Shown here: in pieces, positions 1-12,739 of the stretch
Position numbering within the stretch: the stretch's first letter is position 1
Layout of the letters: each line of letters begins with the position of its first letter
Source of the DNA: Mobula hypostoma
Lineage: Eukaryota
DNA length: 64,000 nt
Assembly (NCBI RefSeq): GCF_963921235.1
Contig: NC_086097.1
Location: 220,970,001-221,034,000 of the forward strand
Reading direction: 5' to 3'
Notes under the pieces: model-generated
Seen by the model: the letters and a program-made list of their open reading frames with translations, nothing else
Told to the model about the DNA's origin: nothing
Databases searched by the model: none
Made by a program: the position numbers and the translations under genes

Positions 1-200
1 TTTTCCTCACCGGTACAAATTTATCCCTAACATCCTGCAAGAGATCCCTAAACATCACATATCCATAGTACATTTCCCTGCAAAAACATCATCCCAATTC
101 ACACCCACAAGTTCTAGCCTTATAGCCTCATAATTTGCCCTTCCCCAATTAAAAATTTTCCCGTCCTCCCTGATTCTATGATAATGTTAAAGGTCAAGGT
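1..200 (-). mobile_element. CR1 LINE fragment (truncated 5' end; shared with copy B at about 41750-41851 and 43991-44104)
   Basis: Reverse complement resembles CR1 ORF2 sequence at about 2700-2930. Same junction to unique sequence (taacgcttgcatt) in both copies. Confidence 0.8.
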
Positions 201-1124
201 AACGCTTGCATTATCTTTGGAGAATCTATCTGGAAGAGTTCCCACGCTGTTCATACATGTGCAAGAAATTATTGATACGCCCTGCTTAAACGTCAGGGCC
301 CTTTGGGGAAGAGGGAGTGCGAGGCTAGACTGTAAGCACCCTAAACTGGGGTAATTGACGGCGCAAAGTTTCGCGCCCCTTGCATCCAGGTTCAGTCTTG
401 ACGTCCAGTGCTAAAACTTGCACTTTTCCCGTGGCTACGCGCGTTTCAGAGTCATGCAGATGTGTAGATTAATTGGCAATTCGAAACTGCTTCTGATGTG
501 AAAGTAAGTGGCGGAATCTGGGCGGGGTGATGGATGTGGAGGAAAGAATGGAATTAATGCAGAGTTGGTGGCAGTGGTTCGCTTCCGTGCTGTATGACTT
601 TCTAGGAGTCAGATTTTTCACTACCGGGTAATTTGTTTCATTAAACACTTGAATTCCAAGTCGAGAAAGCAGACCGCCTCCACCGAAACTGAAAGTATTG
701 CCTTGTGTTCGAGTCGCTGTAAGGGCTTTTATTGAGGTAGGAAACTGTTTGCCTGTGGGAACTGGCCATCAGTGTTTTCATATTAGTAATTAAGAAAAAA
801 GGAAGCAAAACTTCTCTGTAAGGATGTCCGAAGATTTCTAAACAGATGAATGAGCAACCGTTACCACATTCGGATGTGAACGCACGAAAACAACACGCTG
901 AAATCCTCCGCCTCTTCCTCGTCAGTTTACATACGGACTTTACCCCAACACTGGAAATAACCTGTGTCATTTGACGCTCACGCTCGTCCCTACCCAAATG
1001 TAAACTATTCTTAACGATGAATCCATTAAAGCTTCATTTCTGAGAACCGGGTCATAGAAAATGGAAAGGAACTCTTCGCCAGCAAAGGATATAGATTGAA
1101 AACAGGGAGGATTAACGGTGGATT

Positions 1125-1429
1125 ATGGCAATCGAGCGAAACTTTTGCAAGTACAGTTTTGCGCTGACCCTACTTGGATTTCTGCTGTACCTGACCGACA
1201 TTGGGACCGATCTCTGGGTTGCTGTAGTGTATCTTAAAGACGGACACATTGTGTGGTGTATTCTGGTGGTGTCTGTGATGCTGGTCTCTGCTATAATCCT
1301 GCAGAGTTTCAGCTGGTCGTGGTACAAAGATGATGAGAACAGTTCAGATGGATGTCACGGTCCGCACGCCCGAGGCTGCTGTTCGTGGTTCGGTGTACTG
1401 CATGTTTTCCAGATGGGCGTGCTGCTACG
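1125..1429 (+). CDS. XKR9: XK-related protein 9, copy A, coding exon 1
   Basis: ATG at 1125. Translation LLYLTDIGTDLWVA...LQSFSWSWY...LHVFQMGVLLR is a typical XK-family N-terminus. GTAAGT donor at 1430 (phase 2, CG|G). Confidence 0.92.
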
Positions 1430-1882
1430 GTAAGTACCGCTCAGCCAAATTAGTCTCCCGTTTGTCCAGTTCGCTTACATCAATTTTTTATAATATTCGT
1501 CTAGTTGTTGCGAATGATCGGGAAGTTTAGCTAATTGGGCAGACGTGGAAAATTTAGAATTACTAGGAATTGGAAAGGAGGCATACTTTATCTCAACTAT
1601 GAAAAGCTTGTGAAATTGGGCGGGGTTTATTGGCAATTTGCTAATTTTCTAGCCCATCTAGGCTATTTATTTTTTCTGGAGCAAAAATCACTCACCCAGC
1701 TGGAAACCACATTGTTTTACACTTCGAAAGGACGTAGAAAAGTCCAGTTCGGGAGATTCACACAGCACATCATGAAAATGATATTGGCTGTTGGTAGTTC
1801 AGCATGGTTGACAATGATCACAAATTGCAGAAACGCCGCCCACACCCCATTGTTACCCAGGTGGAAATCTGTTTGACGATAC

Positions 1883-4800
1883 AGTAAGGTAGAAGGGCTG
1901 AAATGTGTGTACCTCAATGCAAGAAGCATCAGGAACAAAGATGATGAACTGAGATCTTGGATACATACATGGAATTATGATGTAGTGGCCATTACAGAGA
2001 CTTGGCTGGCACCAGGGCAGGAATGGATTCTCAATATTCCTGGATTTCAGTGCTTTAAAAAGGATAGAGAGGGCGGAAAAAGGGGAGGAGGGGTGGCATT
2101 ACTGGTCAGGGATACTGTTACAGCTACAGAAAGGGTGGGTAAGGTAGCAGAATCCTCTTTTGAGTCAATATGGGTGGAAGTCAGGAACAGGAAGGGAGCA
2201 GTTACTCTATTGGGGGTATTCTATAGGCCCCCTGGTAGCAGCAGAGATACAGAGGAGCAGATTGGAAGGCAGACTTTGGAAAGGTGCAAAAATAACAGGG
2301 TTGTTATCATGGGTGACTTTAACTTCCCTAATATTGATTGGCACCTGAGTAGTTCCAATGGTTTAGATGGGGCAGAATTTGTTAAGTGTGTCCAGGATGG
2401 ATTGCTGTCACAGTATCAGGCTGACCAGAGGGAATGCCATACTAGATCTAGTACTAGGTAGTGAACCGAGTCAGGTCACAGATCTCTCAGTGGGTGAGCA
2501 TCTGGGGGACAGTGACCACCGCTCCCTGGCCTTTAGCATTATCATGGAAAAGGATAGAATCAAAGAGGACAGGAAAATTTTGTTAAGTGTGTCCAGGATG
2601 GATTGCTGTCACAGTATCAGGCTGACCAGAGGGAATGCCATACTAGATCTAGTACTAGGTAGTGAACCGAGTCAGGTCACAGATCTCTCAGTGGGTGAGC
2701 ATCTGGGGGACAGTGACCACCGCTCCCTGGCCTTTAGCATTATCATGGAAAAGGATAGAATCAAAGAGGACAGGAAAATTTTTAATCGGGGAAAGGCAAT
2801 TTATGAGGCTATAAGGCTAGATCTTGCGGGTGTGAATTGGGATGATGTTTTTGCAGGGAAATGTACTATGGACATGTGGTCAATGTTTAGCGATCTCTTG
2901 TGGGACGTAAGGGCTAAATTTGTCCTGGTGAGGAATATAAAGAGTGGTAGGGTGAAGGAACCATGGGTGACAAGTGAGGTGGAAAATCTGGTCAGGTGGA
3001 AGAAGGCAGCATACATGAGGTTTAGGAGGAACAGAGTGGTCTATTGAGGAATATAGGGTACAAGAAAGGAGCTTAAGAAGGGGCTGAGGAGAGCAAGAAG
3101 GGGGCATGAGAAGGCCTTGGTGGGTAGGATAAAGGAAAACCCCAAGGCATTCTTCAATTATGTGAAGAAAAAAAGGATGACAGGAGTGAAGGTAGGACCG
3201 ATTAGAGATAAAGGTGGGAAGATGTGCCTGGAGGCTGTGGAAGTGAGCGAGGTCCTCAGTGAATACTTCTCTTCGGTATTCACCAATGAGAGGGAACTTG
3301 ATGACGGTGAGGACAATATGAGTGAGGTTGATGTTCTGGAGCATGCTGATATTAAGGGAGAGGAGGTGTTGGAGTTGTTAAAATACATTAGGACAGCTAA
3401 GTCCCTGGGGCCTGACGGAATATTCCCCAGGCTGCTCCCCGAGGCGAGAGAAGAGATTGCTGAGCCTCTGGCTAGGATCTTTATGTCCTCGTTGTCCACG
3501 GGAATGGTACCAGAGGATTGGAGGGAGGCGAATGTTGTTCCCTTGTTCAAAAAAGGTAGTAGGGGTATTCCGGGTAATTATAGACCAGTGAGCCTTACGC
3601 CTGTAGTGGGAAAGCTGTTGGAAAAGATTCTTAGTGATAGGATCTATAGGCATTTAGAGAATCATGGTCTGATCAGGGACAGTCAGCATGGCTTTGTGAA
3701 GGGCAGATCGTGTCTAACAAGCCAGACAGAGTTTCTTTGAGGAGGTGACCAGGCATATTGATGAGGGTAGTGCAGTGGATGTGATCTATATGGATTTTAG
3801 TAAGGCATTTGACAAGGTTCCACACGGTAGGCTTATTCAGAAAGTTAGAAGGCATGGGATCCGGGGAAGTTTGGCCAGGTGGATTCAGAATTGGCTTGCC
3901 TGCAGAAGGCAGAGGGTGGTGGTGGAGGGAGTACATTCAGATTGGAGGATTGTGACTAGTGGTGTCCCACAAGGATCTGTTCTGGGACCTCTACATTTTG
4001 TGATTTTTATTAACGACCTGGATGTGGGGGTAGAAGGGTGGGTTGGCAAGTTTGCAGACGACACAAAGGTTGGTGGTGTTGTAGATAGTGTAGAGGATTG
4101 TCAAAGATTGCAGAGAGACATTGAAAGGATGCAGAAGTGGCAGATGGAGTTCAACCCGGAGAAGTGTGAGGTGGTACACTTTGGAAGGACAAACTCCAAG
4201 GCAGAGTACAAAGTAAATGGCAGGATACTTGGTAGTGTGGAGGAGCAGAGGGATCTCGGGGTACATGTCCATAGATCCCTGAAAGTTGCCTCACAGGTGG
4301 ATAGGGTAGTTAAGAAAGCTTATGGGGTGTTAGCTTTCATAAGTCGAGGGATAGAGTTTAAGAGTCGCGATGTAATGATGCAGCTCTATAAAACTCTGGT
4401 TGGGCCACACTTGGAGTACTGTGTCTAGTTCTGGTAACCTCACTATAGGAAGGATGTGGAAGCATTGGAAAGGGTACAGAGGAGATTTACCAGGATGCTG
4501 CTTGGTTTAGAAAGTATGCATTATGATCAGAGATTAAGGGAGCTAGGGCTTTACTCTTTGGAGAGAAGGAGGATGAGAGGAGACATGATAGAGGTGTACA
4601 AGATAATAAGAGGAATAGATAGAGTGGATAGCCAGCGCCTCTTCCCCAGGGCACCACTGCTCAATACAAGAAGACATGGCTTTAAGGTAAGGGGTGGGAA
4701 GTTCAAGGGGGATATTAGAGGAAGGTTTTTTACTCAGAGAGTGGTTGGTGCATGGAATGCACTGCCTGAGTCCGTGGTGGAGGCAGATACACTAGTGAAG

Positions 4801-4930
4801 TTTGAGAGACTACTAGACAGGAGGAATCTAAGGTGGGGGCTTATATGGGAGGCAGGGTTTGAGGGTTGGCACAACATTGTGGGCCGAAGGGCCTGTACTG
4901 TGATGTACTATTCTATGTTCTATGTTCTAT
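1883..4930 (+). mobile_element. CR1 LINE, 5'-truncated ORF2 (APE endonuclease + RT), copy-A-specific, in intron 1
   Basis: YLNARS, ITETW and GDFN APE motifs; YRPVSL, DFSKAFD, GVPQGSVLGP and FADD RT motifs, with frameshifts. (TTCTATG)n tail. TSD GATAC at 1878-1882 and 4931-4935. Empty site in copy B at about 45778. Confidence 0.95.
2378..2782 (+). repeat. 201-bp direct tandem duplication inside the CR1
   Basis: gttaagtgtgtccagg starts at 2381 and 2582. The two units look identical, with a TTTT overlap at the junction. Confidence 0.9.
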
Positions 4931-5618
4931 GATACCACTGGCGAAGGCAGTGTAGGTGTTATCACCATAGCAGTGTTAAGGATCTTTTCCTTGGACCCAT
5001 TTAGTCTGTTAGCTGTGGTTTCCAAGTGCCTAGCCCCAATGCTATTTGCTATTTGTGTCGAGTGTTGATTTAGTGTCCCCAGTTAGTACCTGCTCACCAG
5101 AATTACTGACGACTGGACATTATTGAGAGTTAGGAAAGTTGTGCTGAATCACTGTGTTGATGGACTAACAGGTTTTGTACATGGACCCGGCAGATATAGG
5201 TCATTATTCATCTTTCCACATGGCTTACTTAATTTCTTATTGCAACTTATGTCTTGCACTGTGCTGCTACTACAAAACAAATTTCATGACACATGTCAGT
5301 GATAATAATCCTGATTCTGATTCAATTGTACATGAAGCTCAAAGGATCACATGCAAAAATGGTAATACTATCACAGCGCCATCAACACAGGTTCAATTCC
5401 TACCACTGAATGTCTCACCACATTCTCCCTATGACTGTGTGGGTGGGTTTCCTCCCACATTTCAAAGGTGTACAGGTTAGTTTAATTAGTCACATGGGTG
5501 TAATTGGGAAGCGTGGGCTTGTTGGCGCAGAAGTGCCTGTTACTGTGTTGTATTTCTAAATAAATAAAGAAAAATCCACTCTGGATAATAATTATAGACA
5601 AAAGTCTTTCTTTCACTT

Positions 5619-6419
5619 TGTTGGCCAGGAAGAGCTACAATTTGCATACAAATCAGTGAATTCAAATGAATCGAGGGCAGTGGAAGTAGACAGACCAATA
5701 GTCTTTGTTCTTGCCATGAAGTTGGAGGAATGGATGCTGCCATTTTGTGAAGCTGGTCTGCATCCTCCGTTTTGTGAAATGGTTTTGCTTGGTCGAATCA
5801 GTGTTTTAAAGCAGAGACAATGATGCTCCAGGAAATATGCAGCACTGGAGATCATTTCCAAATAAAAAGTTATTTGTGAGGTGTTCTTTGCTATGATATA
5901 ACATGCAGTTTTTTGAATGATGGGGTCTGAGTGATTTGAGCTGGTTACTGGTTTGGTAACTGATGTGGAACCAAAAGCCATTAATTACCAGGTGTCTCTT
6001 GTGAAGGAGGGCAATAAATGGATGCTGGCTTGGACCAAAGCCAACAAGAAGGTGATCTAAGTCAGTCAGATGACCTACAGCCAACAAGACTGAAATGTGA
6101 CTCTTGAACTGGTAAGAAAAGAGTATAAAAGCAAAGGCTTCGAATGCAAAGTGGAGACAACTCTCCAGAGACCAACCATCACGTGGAGATCAGAGCAGGA
6201 CCGTGAGGAATGCATGGCCAGCATAGACTCCTTTTACTGGCATTACCTTTTTCTATTCATTGACTCTTCATGGAGGCTCAGGAAAGCTAAGTAGGTTTGC
6301 ACAGAGGTGTTCTGTTGTGCAATACACTTCTGTTGAGATAGTAAAGGTACTTGGCAGCAATTGCAGATTCTCTCTATGCTTCTCTCATCACTATTACTAA
6401 GGGGCAGATCTTTGTAACA
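5619..6419 (+). mobile_element. Probable solo LTR (paralogous copy about 50888-51687)
   Basis: TGTT...AACA ends, internal TATAAAA (about 6124), flanks ACTT/ACCT. A related copy lies at 15912-16756. Confidence 0.5.
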
Positions 6420-8044
6420 ACCTCAAGGTTAGATCAAAGTCATGGGCAAGTCATGATCATCAGGGTGATGACATTATGTTTGTCATTAGATACTGGGGCT
6501 ATTAGCATTGTGATATTGCTGTTGGATTGAATGAGTAGCTGGTGTTGTGTAGGAAGTGAGAATCAGTTCTGGGAGATGCTGCTGCTAGGTTTGCCTACAA
6601 GAGGATCCTGTCAATGATTGCCAGGATAAGCATCTGATCTGCTGAATGAATTTGAGACATTGTTAACTTGACTGCACACTGAGTTAAGTCCCAGTTAACA
6701 TCTTGCAACAGTTTTTATGCAAGCTACCATAATGTACATTGAAAATACCTGAAGGGTTTAATTTGATGCTGTTTTGCCATTCACTAAATTATCGAAAAAT
6801 GCAATGATAAATTCAACTTTCACCTTCACTAGACTCATGTCTGTCTTTACCTCCTTTTCTCCCGTCTGTAATTTGTCATATTGGTTATCTGACATCAAAG
6901 ATGAGCAGAACTTTGTCAGGGAATTGGAAAGATAGCAACAGAAATAGAGAACTAAGTTTCCCTGACATCACCATTACTTTAACTTTCAGTGAATATGGTT
7001 CTGGTACACTCAATCTCCCTTCCTATCAATAACCCATTATCAGAGGATCTTGGTTGGTAAATTGTTGTTATACTGACATGTATGCTCCTAATGAAGATAA
7101 ATTATAGATTCTAGATATCTGAAATATTCAGTATTCAAAGTGCATTTATTATCAAATAATGTATAAATTATACAACCTTGATTTGTTTGCTTACAGGCCG
7201 TTGCAAAGCAAGGAACCTAAAAGAACCCAATTTTTATAAAAAGACCAACCCCCAATGTGCACATAGAAAGAGAGAAAAAAAAATCATGCAAACAATAGAA
7301 CTGAGCAACAACAACAGTATTCTGAACCAAATTGAGTCCTGAGATGCCAGTCCCCAGTGCAGCCCCGAGTAAGCCCAAAGTTGATTCAGTTCATCATATT
7401 AGCCGGGCAAATCACTGTAAAGTTCGCAGACGTGAAGCACAGCAGCCAGTAACTCACCTTTGCCCCTTCCCCTACCAGTAGACGTGGTTCTGCCAGGCTT
7501 AGCAGCTAAGCCACACGTGAAGGCCAGGAGCTGGACTTGATTGTTAGAGGCCATTTGAGATGCAGACCATTGGGAGCATCCATTTAATAGGCAGTGGGAG
7601 CTTCTCCCCACTACCGCCCCTGTCCAAAACAACCCAACAGAACCATTCTTTCTAATGTGTTCTTAATGGCAAGATTGTGGAACATACATCTGTTCTGTTT
7701 CATTTGTTTATTCCGATTCTCTGCAATACTTACATTATAAAAATCTGTTGCACTACACGGCCCTTCTTAATCTATCAAATCCTATATTTAATAATATATT
7801 CTGAATAATTACAGAATTGGTTCTTCTTTAGTAACATGCAGATGCTCTGGCAGTTTTGTTTTGGACATGATTCTAAATTCTTTATTTCAAATCCTTTAAA
7901 TGTAAAGCACATTACATTAGTTGTCAGCATGAAAATTTAAGGCTTTTCATTGCACCTGTGCACTTGCGTGCTTGTGCTTATGACAATAAACTTTGACTTT
8001 TGGGCTTTGTGTTTAAAAAAATACTTTTCTCCTTGTTTTTAAAG

Positions 8045-8232
8045 GTTTATAGAGGCACTTAAATATGGATACAAGGCAGCATTCAAAAAAGAGGAGACTA
8101 CCTTGTTTGCCATATACTCAGCTACAGATTTAAGCATGTTACGATTGTTTGAGGCATTTTTGGAAGCAGCACCTCAACTTGTTCTTCAGGTCTTCATTCT
8201 GCTGATATCGGTTAATAGAACATATATTCAGT
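8045..8232 (+). CDS. XKR9: XK-related protein 9, copy A, coding exon 2
   Basis: Pyrimidine tract plus AG (8043-8044). Frame continues exon 1 as (R)FIEALKYGYKAAFK...TDLSMLRLFEAFLEAAPQLVLQ (XK signature). GTAAGT donor at 8233. Confidence 0.92.
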
Positions 8233-10529
8233 GTAAGTTTACTTCTATTAAATCTGTTATTGCTGTTACGTGCCATTGCTTAAAATTGGTTTATAAATAA
8301 AACAGTGGGTTTTCCTGGGTCTAAGCACAGTTGGTCCATGTGCTATTGGTCCCTGTGCAAGATTCTACAATCCTGTCTGATGGTGCGCCTTCGATACACC
8401 AAAAGATTTAGCTGTATTTTTCCACTGTTTGGATGGGATTTCCACAGAACTTTTCAGATCTCTCTTCAGAATTTTACTCATCAAGTTACAAACTCCCACC
8501 ATTTATCATCTAAAGTTAAAAAATAATTGAAAGCAATAAATTAACTTGTGGTGTTGCATTGCAACCATAGCCTTTATTCATATTGGCAACTATATATTTA
8601 CCAATATCTCAATAATTTTCCAATTTGCCTTATACCTTAATAATTAAGTACAGCTTTTGTGTTCTTCTATATTGGTGTATTTTATTTCTGGCACTTGGTA
8701 AGACATGAATGCAGCTTAGAGTTGCAACTAACTCTCCATTCCTGGCTGCTGGAATTGAAGCAGTAATGTTTTAGTTTATGTTTGAGAGGATTCAAGTCTC
8801 AGCATGTGACTTGTCCTTATCACCTAGGCAGAGCAATAGCAAACTTTTTGCATTTTATTAATGGGTCATGAGTATAGGTAGCAGAGTCAGCATTTATACC
8901 AACTTGAGTTACCCCTGAGAAACTCATGTTCAACTGCATTACAAATATATTCAATATTGTTGGAGCAGCACCCATCCCAGCAATTGGAGAGCATTTTCAT
9001 CACATGTCTGACTCGTGCCTTGTGGAAGATGGAAAAGCTTTGTCTGCGGAAGTGAAACACTTGCTATATGATACCTAACCTTTAGCCTGCTCTTGTGGCA
9101 AATCACTTGTATGTCTAGTCTAGATGAGTTTCTGATCAAAGCCATCCCCGGGTGGGTTGTCAGTGATGCCAGTTACATCGAACATCCAGGGTAGGTGGTT
9201 CCACTCTCTTGTTGAAGATGGTTGAGCCCGGCGTTAGTATTGGTAAATTTAACCTGTCACTTCTCAGCTTCTTCCTGAATGTCTAGAACTTGCTGTGTGC
9301 AGGCAGTTACTGAGGAGTTGCAAATGGAATTGTACATTGTGCCATCATTAGTAAATAACCATATCCCTGAGCCTATCATGTGAGGAAGGTTATTGATGAT
9401 TGGGTCAAATAAACTCCCTAGAGGAACTCCCGCAGTGATGTACTGCGTTAAGATAATTGATCTTCAACTACAGCCTTCAACTTCGGCTTGTGAACAGCTT
9501 TCTTCTTAATTCTAAGCGATTTACCTGGGTTATTTAATACCATACCCTCTTAAATTCTGCCTTTATGTCAAGAACAGTTATTGTCACCTCATCTTTGGAA
9601 TTCTAATCATTTGTATATACATACTTGAATTGGTTCTGTAATGTGGACTCAACAGAATGTACAGGTTGTTGTGGAATAAATGCAATTGGATCACTTAGTT
9701 AACAAAACTTTCAATATTTTTTCTTGATGAGTGAGCCCAGGTATGACAATGCCATGATAATTATTTGCATTGAATTTGCCCTGCTTTTGGTGGACAATTC
9801 ATAGCTGGGCAATTTTCCATGTTGCTGTATTAAATGGCTGATTCTGGAGCACAGGTTTATGGGACTAAAGATGGCATGATGTCTTGGGCCACAGCTCCTC
9901 TCTATCCATTGCTCTCAGCTGTTTCTTCCTATCAATTGAAGGGAATTGAATTGCCTGAACACTCTTCTGTGGTAATGGGATCTTAGAAGAAGCTGAGGTG
10001 AGTCACCCTCTCGGTGCTTCTGAATGAAGATGGATACAGCCTGCTTTTGGTACTGGCTTCTGCTGTTGATAAAGAAGGAAATGAACCATCCAGTAGATAT
10101 TCAGTTGTCCCGCCCTACATAACAGAATGCTGCCGGACGTCTGCATTTCCATTCATTATGTGTGGCATAGCCTAGCTGTGTAGGCTGGATAGCATATATG
10201 CCAACTTTTGCTAGTTGCCTTGTTGGCTGTGTATCCTCACAATTACGTCAGTAGTTAAGAAAGAGGTCTTAGGACAGCTGATGCAGACTTGAGAATGTCT
10301 CTGGCTAAAGACCTCCTGTCAAAGTACATTAATTATCAAAAAATGTGTAAATTATACAACTTGAGATTTGTCTGCTTACAGGCAGCCACAAAGCAAGAAA
10401 CCTGAAAGAATCAAATTGAGTCCTTAAATTCGTATCTCCGGAATGGGCCCAAAGCCTCGGTCTCAGTTCATCATAATAGCCTGGCAAATCTCCATGAAGC
10501 TCAGACAGAAAGCACAGCTGCTGGGTATA

Positions 10530-11535
10530 TTACTTGATTACTTTATACTTTATTGTCGCCAAACAATTGATACTGGAACGTACAATCATCATGGTGATAT
10601 ATGATTCTGTGCTTCCCGCTCCCTGGATTACAAATCGATAGTAAATATTAAAAATTTAAATTATAAATCATAAATAGAAAATATAAAAATGGAAAGTAAG
10701 GTAGTGCAAAAAAAACCAAGATGCAGGTCTAGATATTTGGAGGGTACGGCCCAGATCCGGGTCAGGATCCGTTCAGCAGTCTTATCACAGTTGGAAAGAA
10801 GCTGTTCCCAAATCTGACCCTACGAGTCTTCAAGCTCCTGAGCCTTCTTCTGGAGGGAAGAGAGACGAAAAGTGTGTTGGCTGGGTGGGCCGTGTCCTTG
10901 ATTATCCTGGCAGCACTGCTCCGACAGCGTGCGGTGTAAAGTGAGTCCAAGGATGGAAGATTGGTTTGTGTGATGTGCTGCGCCGTTTTCACGATCTTTT
11001 GCAGCTTCTTCCGGTCTTGGACAGACCAGGTTGTGATGCAGCCTAGAAGAATGCTTTCTATGGTGCATGTATAAAAATTAGTGAGGGTTTTAGGGGACAG
11101 GCCAAATTTCTTTAGTTTTCTCAGGAAGTAAAGGAACTGGTGGGCCTTCTTGGCAGTGGACTCTGCTTGGTTGGACCAAGTCAGGTCATTTGTGATATTG
11201 ACCCCAAGGAACTTAAAGCGTTTGACCTGTTCCATTTGCGCACCACTGATGTAAATTGGGTCGTGCGGTCTGCTGCTCTTTCTGAAGTCAACAACTAATT
11301 CCTTCGTCTTGCTGACGTTGAGGGATAGGTTATTGTCTTCGCACCATGCCACCAGGTTCTTAATTTCCTCTCTGTACTCAAACTCATCATTACCCAAGAT
11401 ACGGCCTACAATTGTTGTGTCATCAGCAAACTTATATATTGAGTTTGATGGAAACTTGGCTACACAATCATGGGTGTACAGTGAGTACAGCAGGGGGCTG
11501 AGTACACAGCCTTGTGGGGCACCGGTGCTCAGATA
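10530..11535 (-). mobile_element. Rex1/Babar-type LINE 3' fragment
   Basis: STGAPQGCVLSPLLYSLYTHDC, KFADDTT, LNVSKTKE and FFPTVIRLLN motifs in ORF 10762-11541. Confidence 0.85.
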
Positions 11536-12139
11536 TGTCACAGCCCTAGCTCTGGGAAGAGAGAAGTGAACATCATAGGAGAGTGAGTGAAATCGGTCTG
11601 ATATCCTGCTTTTCTGGTCTATCTGGTCCAGAGTTTAAATTGTCCAAGCAGCAGATTGTGCCCTGCATTAGGACCTAGGTAATTGCTCTGGCATCCCTAA
11701 TTATATTGCCATTGCCACCACAGGAGCTGATTAGTGTGAGACTCATCTAATAACAATGATGGTCCTTCTGTGTCCTTGATGTCAGTTCATAGCTGATTGT
11801 TCTATAGAGAATTCCATTTATGATACAGGCACAACATGGTGGCTAGTACACTGCCGTTCTGGGGCCAATAAAATGATGTAATTTTGTTGTAATATTAGAT
11901 GTTTCAATCAAGTTTTCTGCAACCATTTTTTTAACTGTCGCAGATGTTCTTGATATAAATGCATATGGAGTGTAGACTCAGTTTTGAAAGTGGGTTTGCC
12001 CAGAAAACATTCATTTCAAGACAAAGATTGATTGCAGTTTACAATGTGGATGGGGATTATCGGATTAATGGTATCCTCTCCAGGACTTTTTCATGGCAAC
12101 TAATATCATTTATTTGGTAGAGACTGGCTCGATGGGTGT

Positions 12140-12645
12140 GCTGGCATTGGAGAGGGTCCAGAGGTAGTTCGCAAGGATTATCCTGGGAATTAAAGGGTTG
12201 ATATGTGAAGAGTGTTTGATGACTCTTGGCCTGTACTCGTGGAGCTTTGAAGAATAATTGGGGACCTTATTGAAACCTATTGCATATTGAAAGGCCTAGG
12301 TATAGTGGATATGGAAAGGATGTTCCTAGAGTAGGGGAGTCTAAACCTGAGGGCACAGCCTCATATTACAAGGATGTTTCTTTAGAACAGAGATAAGGAA
12401 GAATATGTTTATTCAGAGGGTGGTGACTCTGTGGAATTCATTAGCACAGACTGTTGAGAAGGCCAAGTCATTGGTTATATTTAAAATGGAGGTTGAGTGT
12501 TTTTTGATTAGTAAGGGCATCAAAGGTTATGGGGAGAAAGCAGAAGAATGGTGTTGAGAGGGATAATAAATCAGCCATGATGGCAGAATAGACTTGATGG
12601 GCTGAATGGCCTAATACTGCTCCTCTGTTTTATGGTTTATCATCA
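12140..12645 (+). mobile_element. Degraded CR1 3' fragment (paralog about 56025-56530)
   Basis: ttggagagggtccagagg...ctgtggaattc...tgggctgaatggcct, typical CR1 C-terminus and 3' UTR. Confidence 0.75.
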
Positions 12646-12739
12646 TTGCTTTTTCCTTTTATTTTTTAATCCCTTTATGATTAAATACAGTAAATTAGCT
12701 ACTCTGCACTCTCACTTTCACTGAGAGGGTGAAAGAGCT

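Noticed and set aside
515..1000. GC box (about 520) and TGACG half-sites (about 920, about 972) as the XKR9 promoter
   Set aside because: Short motifs only, the GC box lies in a SINE-like remnant, and the TSS and any non-coding exons cannot be placed from sequence.
5175..5480. 101-aa ORF conserved in both copies (also 50389-50751)
   Set aside because: Lies in LINE and SINE remnants with no recognisable domain; conservation just reflects the recent duplication.
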